DNA from: Lachnoclostridium sp. UBA1781
GTDB lineage: Bacteria; Bacillota; Clostridia; Lachnospirales; Lachnospiraceae
Assembly: GCA_002315495.1 (NCBI GenBank)
Contig: DCGJ01000018.1
Location: 1-47,581 of the forward strand
Length of the DNA: 47,581 nt
Direction: 5' to 3'
The number at the start of each line of letters is the position of its first letter. Position 1 is the stretch's first letter. The notes beneath the pieces are model-generated. The model did not search any database and was not told the DNA's origin. It saw only the letters and a program-made list of their open reading frames with translations. Made by a program: the position numbers and the translations under genes. This document shows, piece after piece, positions 20,431 to 28,848 of this stretch.

Positions 20431-21164
20431 TACTTTTTCTTCTCCTCGACAAAATAACTATTCGTCTTCTGCATCGCGCGAATCAAAGCGTCCTTGGAAT
20501 TCTTCCACGGTGCGTCCGCATTTCGATAGTCAAATTTGTCCGTAAACCACTCCAAATCGTCCCTAACGCGTTTAAAATTCGCAATTGTAATCTCATTCAG
20601 CTTATCGACAAACTCATCTCTGTGCTTGTTTCCAAGGCTTGAGGCTGCCATCTCGTGAAGTTTTCCGTAATGCTTCATGCAGAATCCTTTCGACGTTGCA
20701 AACTTCTGGCGAAATGCATCATCCGTTTCGTACAGATAGAAAATCGTAGCCAGATATCGTTCATAAGACTTTGCCATACGCATACATACATAGCAGGATT
20801 TCTCCTGCTTTTTCATATGATCAGCCAGTGCGTCTCCGGTACTCTCCGCTTTTTTGAAGAATCCCCCGGCCTTCACGACCTTATTCTTCGAAAGCTGCTC
20901 CATCTCCTTCAGCTGACGATCCATATGCGTCAGCATTATGAGCCCAAGTCCAAGACGGTTCTGATTCTTATAAAGGAGCGGCAAATGCTTCTCACAAAAG
21001 CCCATCGCATCCGTTTCCATACGAACATCGTCTTCCATATAACTGTCACCCATGACAAAATCCACAGCATCATCCTGCAGTTTATTGTACATCTGGCAGA
21101 CCGGACATTCACAGTCCATATCAAACGCCTCGTTTACCGGAATTGTATAAAGCTTTTCGGCCAT
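20430..21164 (-). CDS. Cys/His-rich hypothetical protein with internally duplicated CxxC...GFCxKH motifs
   Basis: 244 aa. The first half has CECPVC ... GFCEKH, and the second half has CYVC ... GFCMKH. AAAGGAG SD. It lies 32 nt downstream of glnS with no terminator between them. Confidence 0.7.
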   Translation of the reverse strand: MAEKLYTIPVNEAFDMDCECPVCQMYNKLQDDAVDFVMGDSYMEDDVRMETDAMGFCEKHLPLLYKNQNRLGLGLIMLTHMDRQLKEMEQLSKNKVVKAGGFFKKAESTGDALADHMKKQEKSCYVCMRMAKSYERYLATIFYLYETDDAFRQKFATSKGFCMKHYGKLHEMAASSLGNKHRDEFVDKLNEITIANFKRVRDDLEWFTDKFDYRNADAPWKNSKDALIRAMQKTNSYFVEEKKK

Positions 21165-21196
21165 ACCTGCTCCTTTCTAATCTTTGAAAATGCAAC

Positions 21197-22888
21197 TTAG
21201 TTTGCCGGCTTGTAGCTGCTCTTAAGGGAACAGATACGATTGAATACCAGGTGATCTTCCGTGGTGTCCTTATAGTCTACGCAGAAATAGCCGTTACGAA
21301 GGAACTGGAAGCTGTCATATGCCTTTGCATCCTTAATGGACGGTTCTACGAAGCACTCACTAACGGTAATCGAATTCGGATTAATATTCATCGTTCCGTC
21401 CTCGTTATATACGCCCTTTTCTTCGTCAATCAGGTTCTCATACAGACGGGCGGTAATCGGAAGTGCGGTCTCAGCATCCAGCCAATGAATGGTACCTTTT
21501 ACCTTACGGTCAGCATTGCCACCCTTGGTTGCCGGGTCATAGGTTGCATGAACAACCGTGACATTTCCTTCAGCATCGGTTTCGTAACCGGTACAGGTAA
21601 CAAAATATGCACCCATCAGACGAACTTCATTACCAGGGAACATACGGAAATACTTCTTCGGAGGCTCAATCATGAAGTCTTCGCGTTCAATATAAAGGTT
21701 CTTACTGAAGCGAACGGTACGACTTCCCATCTCCGGAACTTCCGGATTGTTGCTAACCTCTACCTCTTCACTTTCGCCTTCCGGATAGTTGTCAATCACA
21801 AGCTTAATCGGGTCCAAAACAGCAATAACACGGGACTTTTTCAGCTTCAAATCCTCACGGATACAGTACTCAAGCATAGAGTAATCAACCGAGGAATTCG
21901 CTTTACTTACGCCACAAAGTTCCATAAACAAACGAAGAGATTCCGGTGTGAAACCACGACGACGAAGCGCTGCAATCGTAACAAGACGCGGGTCATCCCA
22001 ACCGTCAACCGTACCATTTTCAACGAGCTTCTTAATATATCTCTTACCGGTTACTACATTCGTAACGTACATCTTTGCAAACTCGACCTGCTTCGGCGGA
22101 TGCGGATACTCAAGTTCCGTTACAACCCAGTCATAAAGTGGTCTGTGATCCTCAAACTCGAGGGTACAGATGGAATGACTGATGCCTTCAATTGCGTCCT
22201 CAATCGGGTGAGCAAAATCATACATTGGGTAAATGCACCATTTGTCTCCGGTGTTATGATGCGTCATATGTGCAACACGATAAATAACCGGATCACGCAT
22301 ATTGATATTCGGTGAGCTCATATCAATCTTCGCACGAAGAACCTTGGAACCATCCTCAAATTCTCCATTCTTCATTCCTTCAAAGAGAGTCAGATTCTCT
22401 TCTACCGAACGGTCTCTGTATGGGCTGTTCTTACCCGGCTCCGTCAAGGTTCCACGATATTCACGAATCTCGTCAGCCGTCAAGTCACATACGAAAGCCT
22501 TTCCCTTTTTAATCAGAAAAACAGCAGCTTCGTACATCTTCTCAAAGTAATTGGATGCAAAGAAAATACGGTCCTCGAAATCCGCACCAAGCCACTTAAC
22601 ATCCTTTGCAATCGACTCAACGAATTCCGTCTTCTCCTTCGTCGGATTGGTATCGTCAAATCTCAAATTAAACTGACCATTGTACTTCTTTGCGAGACCG
22701 CTGTTTAAAATAATAGATTTCGCATGGCCGATATGAAGGTATCCGTTCGGTTCCGGAGGGAAACGGGTGATTACCTTATCATACTTACCTTCTGCCAAAT
22801 CCTTCTCGATAATCATTTCAATAAAGTTCTTGGAAACAACCTCTTCGTTGTTCTCAAGAGTTTCATTTGTATTCAAAATCTCTGCCAT
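21197..22888 (-). CDS. glnS: Glutamine--tRNA ligase
   Basis: Class I HIGH motif ([17 protein letters not shown]), [13 protein letters not shown], and the KMSKS-equivalent region are present. The start is set at the ATG at 22888 ([17 protein letters not shown]) rather than the track start at 22945. Confidence 0.95.
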   Translation of the reverse strand: MAEILNTNETLENNEEVVSKNFIEMIIEKDLAEGKYDKVITRFPPEPNGYLHIGHAKSIILNSGLAKKYNGQFNLRFDDTNPTKEKTEFVESIAKDVKWLGADFEDRIFFASNYFEKMYEAAVFLIKKGKAFVCDLTADEIREYRGTLTEPGKNSPYRDRSVEENLTLFEGMKNGEFEDGSKVLRAKIDMSSPNINMRDPVIYRVAHMTHHNTGDKWCIYPMYDFAHPIEDAIEGISHSICTLEFEDHRPLYDWVVTELEYPHPPKQVEFAKMYVTNVVTGKRYIKKLVENGTVDGWDDPRLVTIAALRRRGFTPESLRLFMELCGVSKANSSVDYSMLEYCIREDLKLKKSRVIAVLDPIKLVIDNYPEGESEEVEVSNNPEVPEMGSRTVRFSKNLYIEREDFMIEPPKKYFRMFPGNEVRLMGAYFVTCTGYETDAEGNVTVVHATYDPATKGGNADRKVKGTIHWLDAETALPITARLYENLIDEEKGVYNEDGTMNINPNSITVSECFVEPSIKDAKAYDSFQFLRNGYFCVDYKDTTEDHLVFNRICSLKSSYKPAN

Positions 22889-22977
22889 ATTGGAGATCCT
22901 CCATACATTTCTTCCATGATAGTATAATTTCAGTAAGTGTAACATAAAACCGCCCTAAATAAAAGAGCAAAAATGCG

Positions 22978-23024
22978 AAAAAAAAAGAAAAAGAATGGGC
23001 AGACTTTTTACAATCTGCCCATTC
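22978..23024 (-). terminator. Strong intrinsic terminator
   Basis: On the minus strand an 11-bp stem GAATGGGCAGA/TCTGCCCATTC (22993-23024) is followed by TTTTTCTTTTTTTTT. Confidence 0.8.
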
Positions 23025-23047
23025 CTAATTGACTTTAAAACAAATAC

Positions 23048-24070
23048 TTACTTATCGTCGTACTTTGCTGCAGTTTCGGTCAAATCAACGTCACCAAAGG
23101 TCTGAAGCGGAGCATTCAAAATCTTGATGGTATTCTCATCTTCGATATTCTTCTGCTTCTTTCTTGCCTGCCACCACTTATAAAGAATCCAGATAACAAG
23201 AATAATTGCAATACAGATAATAAGTACTACAAATACTGTTGTGAAATCGGTACCCTTTTCCGGTTCAGCGCCATACTTCGGACCAAACTTATCGTAGTTT
23301 GCTGCTACAACATAAAGCTTAATTCCGGTTGCCTTATAGAAGCTTTCCATTGCCTTTGCAAGGTTTGCTTCCGTATCAAATGCGTTAACACCGTCAACGA
23401 TATAATTCTGACCCTTGTAGTTATCCTTCGCATCAAAGCCATACTCGCCACCGTTTGCCATCAGCTCAATCCAGTCATAGATGGACTCTGCAGTCTGAAA
23501 AGCGACATCATCATCATAGTGACGATCGTAGATGGTATAGAACTGCTCCATGTACTTATCCATAATCTCTCTTGCTTTGCTGCCAAGGGAGAAGGTAATG
23601 TACTCATCTTCCCAGTTATCTGCCTCAGAGATCAAGAAAACCGCACCGTCATTTGCATTGCCAAACTTCTCTTTGTACAGTTCGTCTGCATAGTTGTCTG
23701 CAATTTCATCCTTAATCAGATATCCACCACCAATGGTAGTATTACCGGTGGAAGAACAGATAATCATAAAGATCAAAAGAATAATCAAACCTACGAAAAT
23801 GTAGGAGCTGCATCCGGTGCATCCACAGCCGGTACCGCTACCGCCGTTTCCACCCACATTGTTATAAATCACGGTGTTGCCGGAACTATATCTGCGAGGT
23901 GGTCTGGAGTAACTAGGTCCATGACTCGGACCATAATGACTCGGACCGCTCGGTCTGCTGCTATAACTACGCGAGCTGGAAGAATGATATCCTCCGCTGC
24001 TGTGACTTGTGTGATGTCCATGACCACCACTGCTGTGAGAGCCGCCTCCGCCGCCGCCACTTCTTCCCAT
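23048..24070 (-). CDS. Hypothetical membrane protein: Gly/Ser/His-rich disordered N-terminus, two TM segments flanking a ~170-aa domain
   Basis: 340 aa. The N-terminus reads MGRSGGGGGGSHSSGGHGHHTSHSSGGYHSSSSRSYSSRPSGPSHYGPSHGPSYSRPPRRY. The TM segments are YIFVGLIILLIFMIICS and FTTVFVVLIICIAIILVIWILY. GGGAGGA SD. Confidence 0.7.
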   Translation of the reverse strand: MGRSGGGGGGSHSSGGHGHHTSHSSGGYHSSSSRSYSSRPSGPSHYGPSHGPSYSRPPRRYSSGNTVIYNNVGGNGGSGTGCGCTGCSSYIFVGLIILLIFMIICSSTGNTTIGGGYLIKDEIADNYADELYKEKFGNANDGAVFLISEADNWEDEYITFSLGSKAREIMDKYMEQFYTIYDRHYDDDVAFQTAESIYDWIELMANGGEYGFDAKDNYKGQNYIVDGVNAFDTEANLAKAMESFYKATGIKLYVVAANYDKFGPKYGAEPEKGTDFTTVFVVLIICIAIILVIWILYKWWQARKKQKNIEDENTIKILNAPLQTFGDVDLTETAAKYDDK

Positions 24071-24110
24071 ATTGTTATCCTCCCTTATATAGAATTCGAA
24101 GAGCCTTCGA

Positions 24111-24134
24111 ATAAAATGATAGCAAACTGCTATC
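24111..24134 (-). terminator. Terminator candidate
   Basis: On the minus strand, GATAGCA-GTT-TGCTATC is followed by ATTTTATT. Confidence 0.45.
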
Positions 24135-24141
24135 CATTTTT

Positions 24142-24882
24142 CTACTTTTGGATGAAGTCAACCACTGTGTGCTCCATCGACATACGATTCACGTAAGGAG
24201 CGCCGAATTTGTATAGCACACCTTCCAAATCGCTTTTCTTTAATCCTGAGTATACTACCCAGGATTCCTTGTCCGTATCCGAAACCGAAAGACCTTCCTT
24301 CTCGCAAATGGCCTGGTAAATCAGGTACTTCTTTGCATCATTTGCAGCCTGTGTTGCAATTTTCTCGTTGAACTCCTCTTCGGATTCGCAACTGTAAAAT
24401 GCCCATACGCTGGACAAATCCGCATCATATTCGCTGGAATAAGCAGAATCTGCATTCTCCTTGGCATAGGAGTATTCCTTATTGCAACTGTACAGGTGCA
24501 TCTCTTTGATTCGGTTAACCTCAGATTCCGGAACGTTCACTTCACTGTTTTCCATTAAATAGTTCGCAATGAAACTAACGGGATCCTCTGCGGCCGGAAC
24601 CGTGATGGCGGAATAATCACAGAGTGTTACATAATCTGCTGCTGTGATTCCCTTGACATATCCATTATCCTCGATTCCGTTACTGTACGTGTCCTGCTGA
24701 TTATACCAGCCATCCTTCTCTAATTGAGCAGTAGAATCGACAACCGGCGTATTCTTTTTCTTGCTGTAATTACTTCCCACAATAATTAAAACAAACGCAA
24801 GTGCTGCACACCCTATTACAATTGCCATCGTTACGATAAGTTCTTTCTTACCGCCCGAATGAACCGCATTTTTCTTACTCAC
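24142..24882 (-). CDS. Hypothetical membrane-anchored extracytoplasmic protein
   Basis: 246 aa. The N-terminal anchor is LIVTMAIVIGCAALAFVLIIVG. The C-terminal part (EEFNEKIATQAANDAKKYLIYQAICEKEGLSVSDTD) loosely resembles trigger-factor/PrsA-type chaperone helices. The GTG start has a weak SD, so the start is uncertain. Confidence 0.55.
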   Translation of the reverse strand: MSKKNAVHSGGKKELIVTMAIVIGCAALAFVLIIVGSNYSKKKNTPVVDSTAQLEKDGWYNQQDTYSNGIEDNGYVKGITAADYVTLCDYSAITVPAAEDPVSFIANYLMENSEVNVPESEVNRIKEMHLYSCNKEYSYAKENADSAYSSEYDADLSSVWAFYSCESEEEFNEKIATQAANDAKKYLIYQAICEKEGLSVSDTDKESWVVYSGLKKSDLEGVLYKFGAPYVNRMSMEHTVVDFIQK

Positions 24883-24960
24883 GGTATTGTACCATTCCCT
24901 TCGGCATTTTTTCGAGACTATTATATATTAAAATGCAACATAAATCAACTGAAAAACGAA

Positions 24961-26841
24961 TTATCGATACTTCCGATAAATATGATAATAGGTTTCAATT
25001 CTGGCCTCCACGGAAGTTTCCTTCTTTAGGTCGAGATACAGTTTTCCGTCTTTTGTCAAAAGCTCCACCAAGCTCGGGTGATATAATGTACCGGAGCCGG
25101 CCACCATCTCGGAAACCACCTCGTCGAAGCTCTTTCCTCTCGCATAGTTTCTTCCAAGCATATCAGTGGCTGCATCCAAACAATCAGCAATCGTTAAGAT
25201 ATCAATAAAGATCTTATGGGATGATCGGGTGTTATCATATTCCTCCGGATAACCCGATTGTCCATCGTAGCTCTTATGATGTCCAAGAGCCATATCAGCA
25301 TATCGACTAAGCCCCGGATTTCTCGTAAGAATATCATAACTCCACTTCGGATGATATTTGATGTAGGAATGCTCCGTCTCCGAAAGCTGCCGAATCTGCA
25401 TATTGATAATGTTAGAAATGAGAATCTTACCAATGTCGTGCACCCGCGCACCATTATAGCAATAACGTAAAATCTCATCGCGACGCTTTTCCACATCCTT
25501 CATCGTATAAAGTCCAAGCGAATTCTTAAAGAAACTCGGATGCTTTGCCAGAACACTTTCTGCGATTCTTTTGGAAAGCTTCGCCGTCATAACCGAATGA
25601 ATCAGAGTGGAAAGCTGTCGACTGATAATCATGGTGTCAATCAATTCAATGGCCTGATCCTCTCCTTCCACAAACGGTATCAGATCATACAACATATGAT
25701 AGAGTGCCTGATCCAGATACTCCTTGCACTGACAGGCTCTCGGAATCGTCTCAATATACACCTTAAGTTCATAGAATAAACCCGCTTTCACACGGCTCAG
25801 CTTATCCTTCGTCAGTTTGGTACGAGCCAACATCTCCAGCATTGGTTTAAAGCAATGACAGTAAAAAGCGAACTTACTGTCACTCGGCTGCTGAAACCAG
25901 TTCGGACTATTAAAGTCATAATCCTGATTCATGGATTTCATGTAAGCCCGAAGTAACGAATAGGTTTCCTCCGGTTCCAATATGCCCGAATAAAAGGCAT
26001 ACACCAGATATGCGGTGTATTTTTTCTGATTTCTCTGCTCTCTCGGAAGGCTTGTCTGCTCTAAAAATGCAGCAGGATATACTTCCTTAAACTGCTTCTT
26101 CTTATCCTCATCAACTTTCTGCCAATTCATCGCAGCAATGAAGAGTACATCCGTTCCGGCTTCGTCATACTGTTTCTGAATTTCTTCCCACAAGGTATCG
26201 TCATAATACTTCTTGTACTTTTTCAACTGAGAAAGACGATTAAAACAGCGAATCAGCGCATTTACATCAGGTTCATATTTCACACTTTCCATGTGATACT
26301 GTTTCCGATTGGCTTCCATGATATGCTTAACTTCCGCAAAGAACTCCTTATCACTTTGGTGTTCCTCTCGCAAAGTATCAATCCGGTCAATGTAGGAGCT
26401 CACCCAATCTGCCTGCTCGCTAGCCACCTGCTTCATGCTGCCTTCTACGCAGAAAAACGGATTATCGGAAAATGCAAACCGACAATTTCGTTCACGATAG
26501 TCATTTCCGACACCATGAAAATACTCCCAAAGTTTTACGAGCATCTGGGATTCCATAACATCGTCCGCCAATACATTGTTGTAATACGAAAATGCCCCCT
26601 GGTATAACTTTTCGGCATTTTCCTCCGTTAGCTCTTCATCTCCATCCAAAATCGGATTGATATACGTATCCAGTTCCTTCTCCGTATCTCTATAAAAACT
26701 ACGAATCAAATCGGATTTCTTAACTAAAGTTTCCGTCCAGGCTGCTTTATCGTCAGTTTCCAAGAGTTCGCGCTCAATTGAATCTACTTCGCCCAAACGT
26801 TCCCGGTATTCCCGGTATAATGCCTCAATTGAATCGACCAT
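24961..26841 (-). CDS. HD-GYP domain protein (putative c-di-GMP phosphodiesterase) with a large uncharacterised N-terminal region
   Basis: 626 aa. The C-terminus carries VHDIGK ... GHHKSYDGQSGYPEEYD (HD and GYP motifs). The first ~400 aa are helical-looking with no motif I recognise. GAGGA SD. Confidence 0.85.
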   Translation of the reverse strand: MVDSIEALYREYRERLGEVDSIERELLETDDKAAWTETLVKKSDLIRSFYRDTEKELDTYINPILDGDEELTEENAEKLYQGAFSYYNNVLADDVMESQMLVKLWEYFHGVGNDYRERNCRFAFSDNPFFCVEGSMKQVASEQADWVSSYIDRIDTLREEHQSDKEFFAEVKHIMEANRKQYHMESVKYEPDVNALIRCFNRLSQLKKYKKYYDDTLWEEIQKQYDEAGTDVLFIAAMNWQKVDEDKKKQFKEVYPAAFLEQTSLPREQRNQKKYTAYLVYAFYSGILEPEETYSLLRAYMKSMNQDYDFNSPNWFQQPSDSKFAFYCHCFKPMLEMLARTKLTKDKLSRVKAGLFYELKVYIETIPRACQCKEYLDQALYHMLYDLIPFVEGEDQAIELIDTMIISRQLSTLIHSVMTAKLSKRIAESVLAKHPSFFKNSLGLYTMKDVEKRRDEILRYCYNGARVHDIGKILISNIINMQIRQLSETEHSYIKYHPKWSYDILTRNPGLSRYADMALGHHKSYDGQSGYPEEYDNTRSSHKIFIDILTIADCLDAATDMLGRNYARGKSFDEVVSEMVAGSGTLYHPSLVELLTKDGKLYLDLKKETSVEARIETYYHIYRKYR

Positions 26842-26851
26842 TTCCTCATCC

Positions 26852-26885
26852 TCTTAAAAGAAAGGGCTGTCCGTAGGCAGCCCTT
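26852..26885 (-). terminator. Intrinsic terminator after the zinc-ribbon repeat protein gene
   Basis: On the minus strand, AAGGGCTG-8 nt-CAGCCCTT is followed by TCTTTTAAG. Confidence 0.7.
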
Positions 26886-26896
26886 CCTCGAATCAT

Positions 26897-27976
26897 TTAA
26901 TCAATTTTGAAATCTTTTCTTGCATCTTCACCGGAAATCGGAAGAATATACCACTCTTCATCAACTTCATAGAAGAAGTAATAATCAGAATATTTCTTCT
27001 CCGCTTTATCACCCTCAACAAAGGTAATACCTTCAATGATATAGGCTTTCGTAATATCAACCTTCTCACCGGTTAACTTCTTAATGATCTTGCTGTAATC
27101 ATCAAGCTTCGAGCTCTTAATCTTCTTGTAGATATGATGACTCTCGCTAAGTTCAATCTTCTCACCGCATGGATCATAATCTCTCTGCTTTAAACCGGAA
27201 AGCAATGCGCTAACACTCTTTGCATTATAGGATTCAAGAATGTAATCCTCTGCATAACTCGGGAATGCTTTCTCAAATTTGGATTCATTTCCCTCAGCAA
27301 TCGATGCATCCCAAAGCTGTAAAAGATCGGTAAATGCCTCCTCCTCTTCTTCCTTCAGCTCGGACTTTGAAATAATGCCTGCATTATACAAATCATCGTA
27401 GTAATTTACATACTTTGAAACTGCGGACGGAAGCGGCAAATCAATAACGTTAAAGGAAGTCAGTCCAATGATGGTACCTGCTCCAAGAAGAAGCAAAATC
27501 AAAAGAATAAAGAACACCTTGAGACCGGTGTGTTTCTTTTTCTTCTTAGCTTTCTTAGGCTGTGGTTCCGGCTGCTGGTAGACAGGCTGCTCTACAACAG
27601 GCTGCTGGTAGACAGGCTGCTGATAAGCCGGCTGTTCTACAACAGGCTGCTGATATACCGGCTGTTCTACAACAGGATGTTCTACAACAGGCTGCTCTAC
27701 GACAGGCTGCTCCACAACAGGCTGTTCAAAAATCGGCTGCTCTACAACAATCGGAGTTACAACCGGCTGTTCCATGACAGGCTCCTCGATTACTTCCTCT
27801 ACCTGTTCAATCACAGGCTCTTCGATTACTTCCTCTACCTGCTCGATCACCGGCTCCGTAACAACCGCCTCAACAATCGGAGCTGCCACTTCTTCTGCAG
27901 AAGCGACTTTATTTCCACAGTTAAAACAGAACTTGGCACCATCTGCCAGCTTTGTTCCACAATAAATACAGAACAT
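26897..27976 (-). CDS. Zinc-ribbon membrane protein with a Pro/Gln/Val tandem-repeat linker
   Basis: 359 aa. The N-terminus is MFCIYCGTKLADGAKFCFNCGNKV (CxxC...CxxC zinc ribbon). The repeat tract follows, then KKAKKKKKH and a TM segment (LKVFFILLILLLLGAGTIIGL). The final ~180 aa form a domain of unknown function. Confidence 0.8.
   Translation of the reverse strand: MFCIYCGTKLADGAKFCFNCGNKVASAEEVAAPIVEAVVTEPVIEQVEEVIEEPVIEQVEEVIEEPVMEQPVVTPIVVEQPIFEQPVVEQPVVEQPVVEHPVVEQPVYQQPVVEQPAYQQPVYQQPVVEQPVYQQPEPQPKKAKKKKKHTGLKVFFILLILLLLGAGTIIGLTSFNVIDLPLPSAVSKYVNYYDDLYNAGIISKSELKEEEEEAFTDLLQLWDASIAEGNESKFEKAFPSYAEDYILESYNAKSVSALLSGLKQRDYDPCGEKIELSESHHIYKKIKSSKLDDYSKIIKKLTGEKVDITKAYIIEGITFVEGDKAEKKYSDYYFFYEVDEEWYILPISGEDARKDFKID
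27557..27853 (-). repeat. In-frame coding tandem repeats: two 36-nt units (PVIEQVEEVIEE) plus about 13 degenerate 15-nt units (VVEQP/VYQQP)
   Basis: Visible directly as reiterated GGCTGCTCTACAACA / GGCTGCTGGTAGACA units on the plus strand. The block ACAGGCTC(C/T)TCGATTACTTCCTCTACCTG(T/C)TC(A/G)ATCAC is duplicated with three mismatches. Confidence 0.9.
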
Positions 27977-28064
27977 CCGTTTTTCCTCCCATTCAAATGA
28001 TATCTGAAGTCCACAACTTCACAGAATAATTATACAAAATATCCTGTTTGAATACAACCACATT

Positions 28065-28847
28065 TTAACATTTTTCTATTATCGTCAATGCTTCCGAATA
28101 GCACTTACCGGTAGCCAGAATTCCGCTTTCCTTCAGGCAGTCAATTGCCTCCCCGGACGGAGTGGCAATGCATCCACCTGCTTCCGTCACTAAAACCGCA
28201 CCTGCAGCAAAGTCCCATGGTCGCAGAATCCATTCCAGGAAAACATCCGCCCTTCCGGCTGCAATCGAGCATAAATCAAGCGCTGCGGAGCCGCTTCTAC
28301 GAATATCCAACGTATGGTCAAAGAAAATGCGCATTTGCCGAAATGTTTTCTCCGTCAACTCCCGGTTGTACGGGGATGAACCGATAAGTACAATGCTTTC
28401 CGACAGACTGTTATTCGAAACATGGATTGGTCTTTTGTTGCAGAACGCACCTGCGCCTTGTCCGGCGACAAACATTTCGTCCAGGTATGGGTTATAAATT
28501 ACTCCCACAAACGGTTCTTTATTTTTCAAAAGTCCAATGGAGACACAGCTTGCTTTGTAGTCCCGGATAAAATTGGTGGTACCGTCAATTGGGTCAACAA
28601 CGAATACGAATTCTCTGTCCAGATGGCTCTCACAGCCCTCTTCCTCACCCAAAAAACCGGCTTCCGGCATCAGTTTGGACAATCGCTCGTAAAGAAAATG
28701 CTGCACTTTTACATCATACTCCGTGACAAAATTAGCAGTTCCGCTTTTCTCCGTCACCTCTTTCCGATGATTCTCGGCAGAAAGAAGAATTTCTCCTGCA
28801 AGTCTCGCAACACCGCTAATCTCATCCATTAGTTTCTGTATATCCAT
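28065..28847 (-). CDS. Inositol monophosphatase family protein (SuhB-like)
   Basis: Motifs FLGEEEG, VVDPIDGTTNF and RPWDFAAGAVL are present. The start is set at the ATG at 28847 (GAGG SD, 8-nt spacing), one nt after the clpX stop. The track start at 28868 is a TTG. Confidence 0.85.
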   Translation of the reverse strand: MDIQKLMDEISGVARLAGEILLSAENHRKEVTEKSGTANFVTEYDVKVQHFLYERLSKLMPEAGFLGEEEGCESHLDREFVFVVDPIDGTTNFIRDYKASCVSIGLLKNKEPFVGVIYNPYLDEMFVAGQGAGAFCNKRPIHVSNNSLSESIVLIGSSPYNRELTEKTFRQMRIFFDHTLDIRRSGSAALDLCSIAAGRADVFLEWILRPWDFAAGAVLVTEAGGCIATPSGEAIDCLKESGILATGKCYSEALTIIEKC

Positions 28848-28848
28848 G

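Noticed and set aside
22889-23047. Possible T-box or riboswitch leaders upstream of glnS, guaB (19826..19882) and purB (3236..3297)
   Set aside because: The spacers are only about 60-160 nt. The glnS spacer is largely occupied by the upstream gene's terminator. I saw no T-box specifier/antiterminator or purine-riboswitch core sequences.
27530-28000. Plus-strand ORFs with striking repeats (LLYNRLLVDR..., AALQQAA...)
   Set aside because: They are the mirror image of the in-frame VVEQP/VYQQP repeats of the minus-strand zinc-ribbon protein. That protein has a clear start, SD, zinc ribbon and TM segment.
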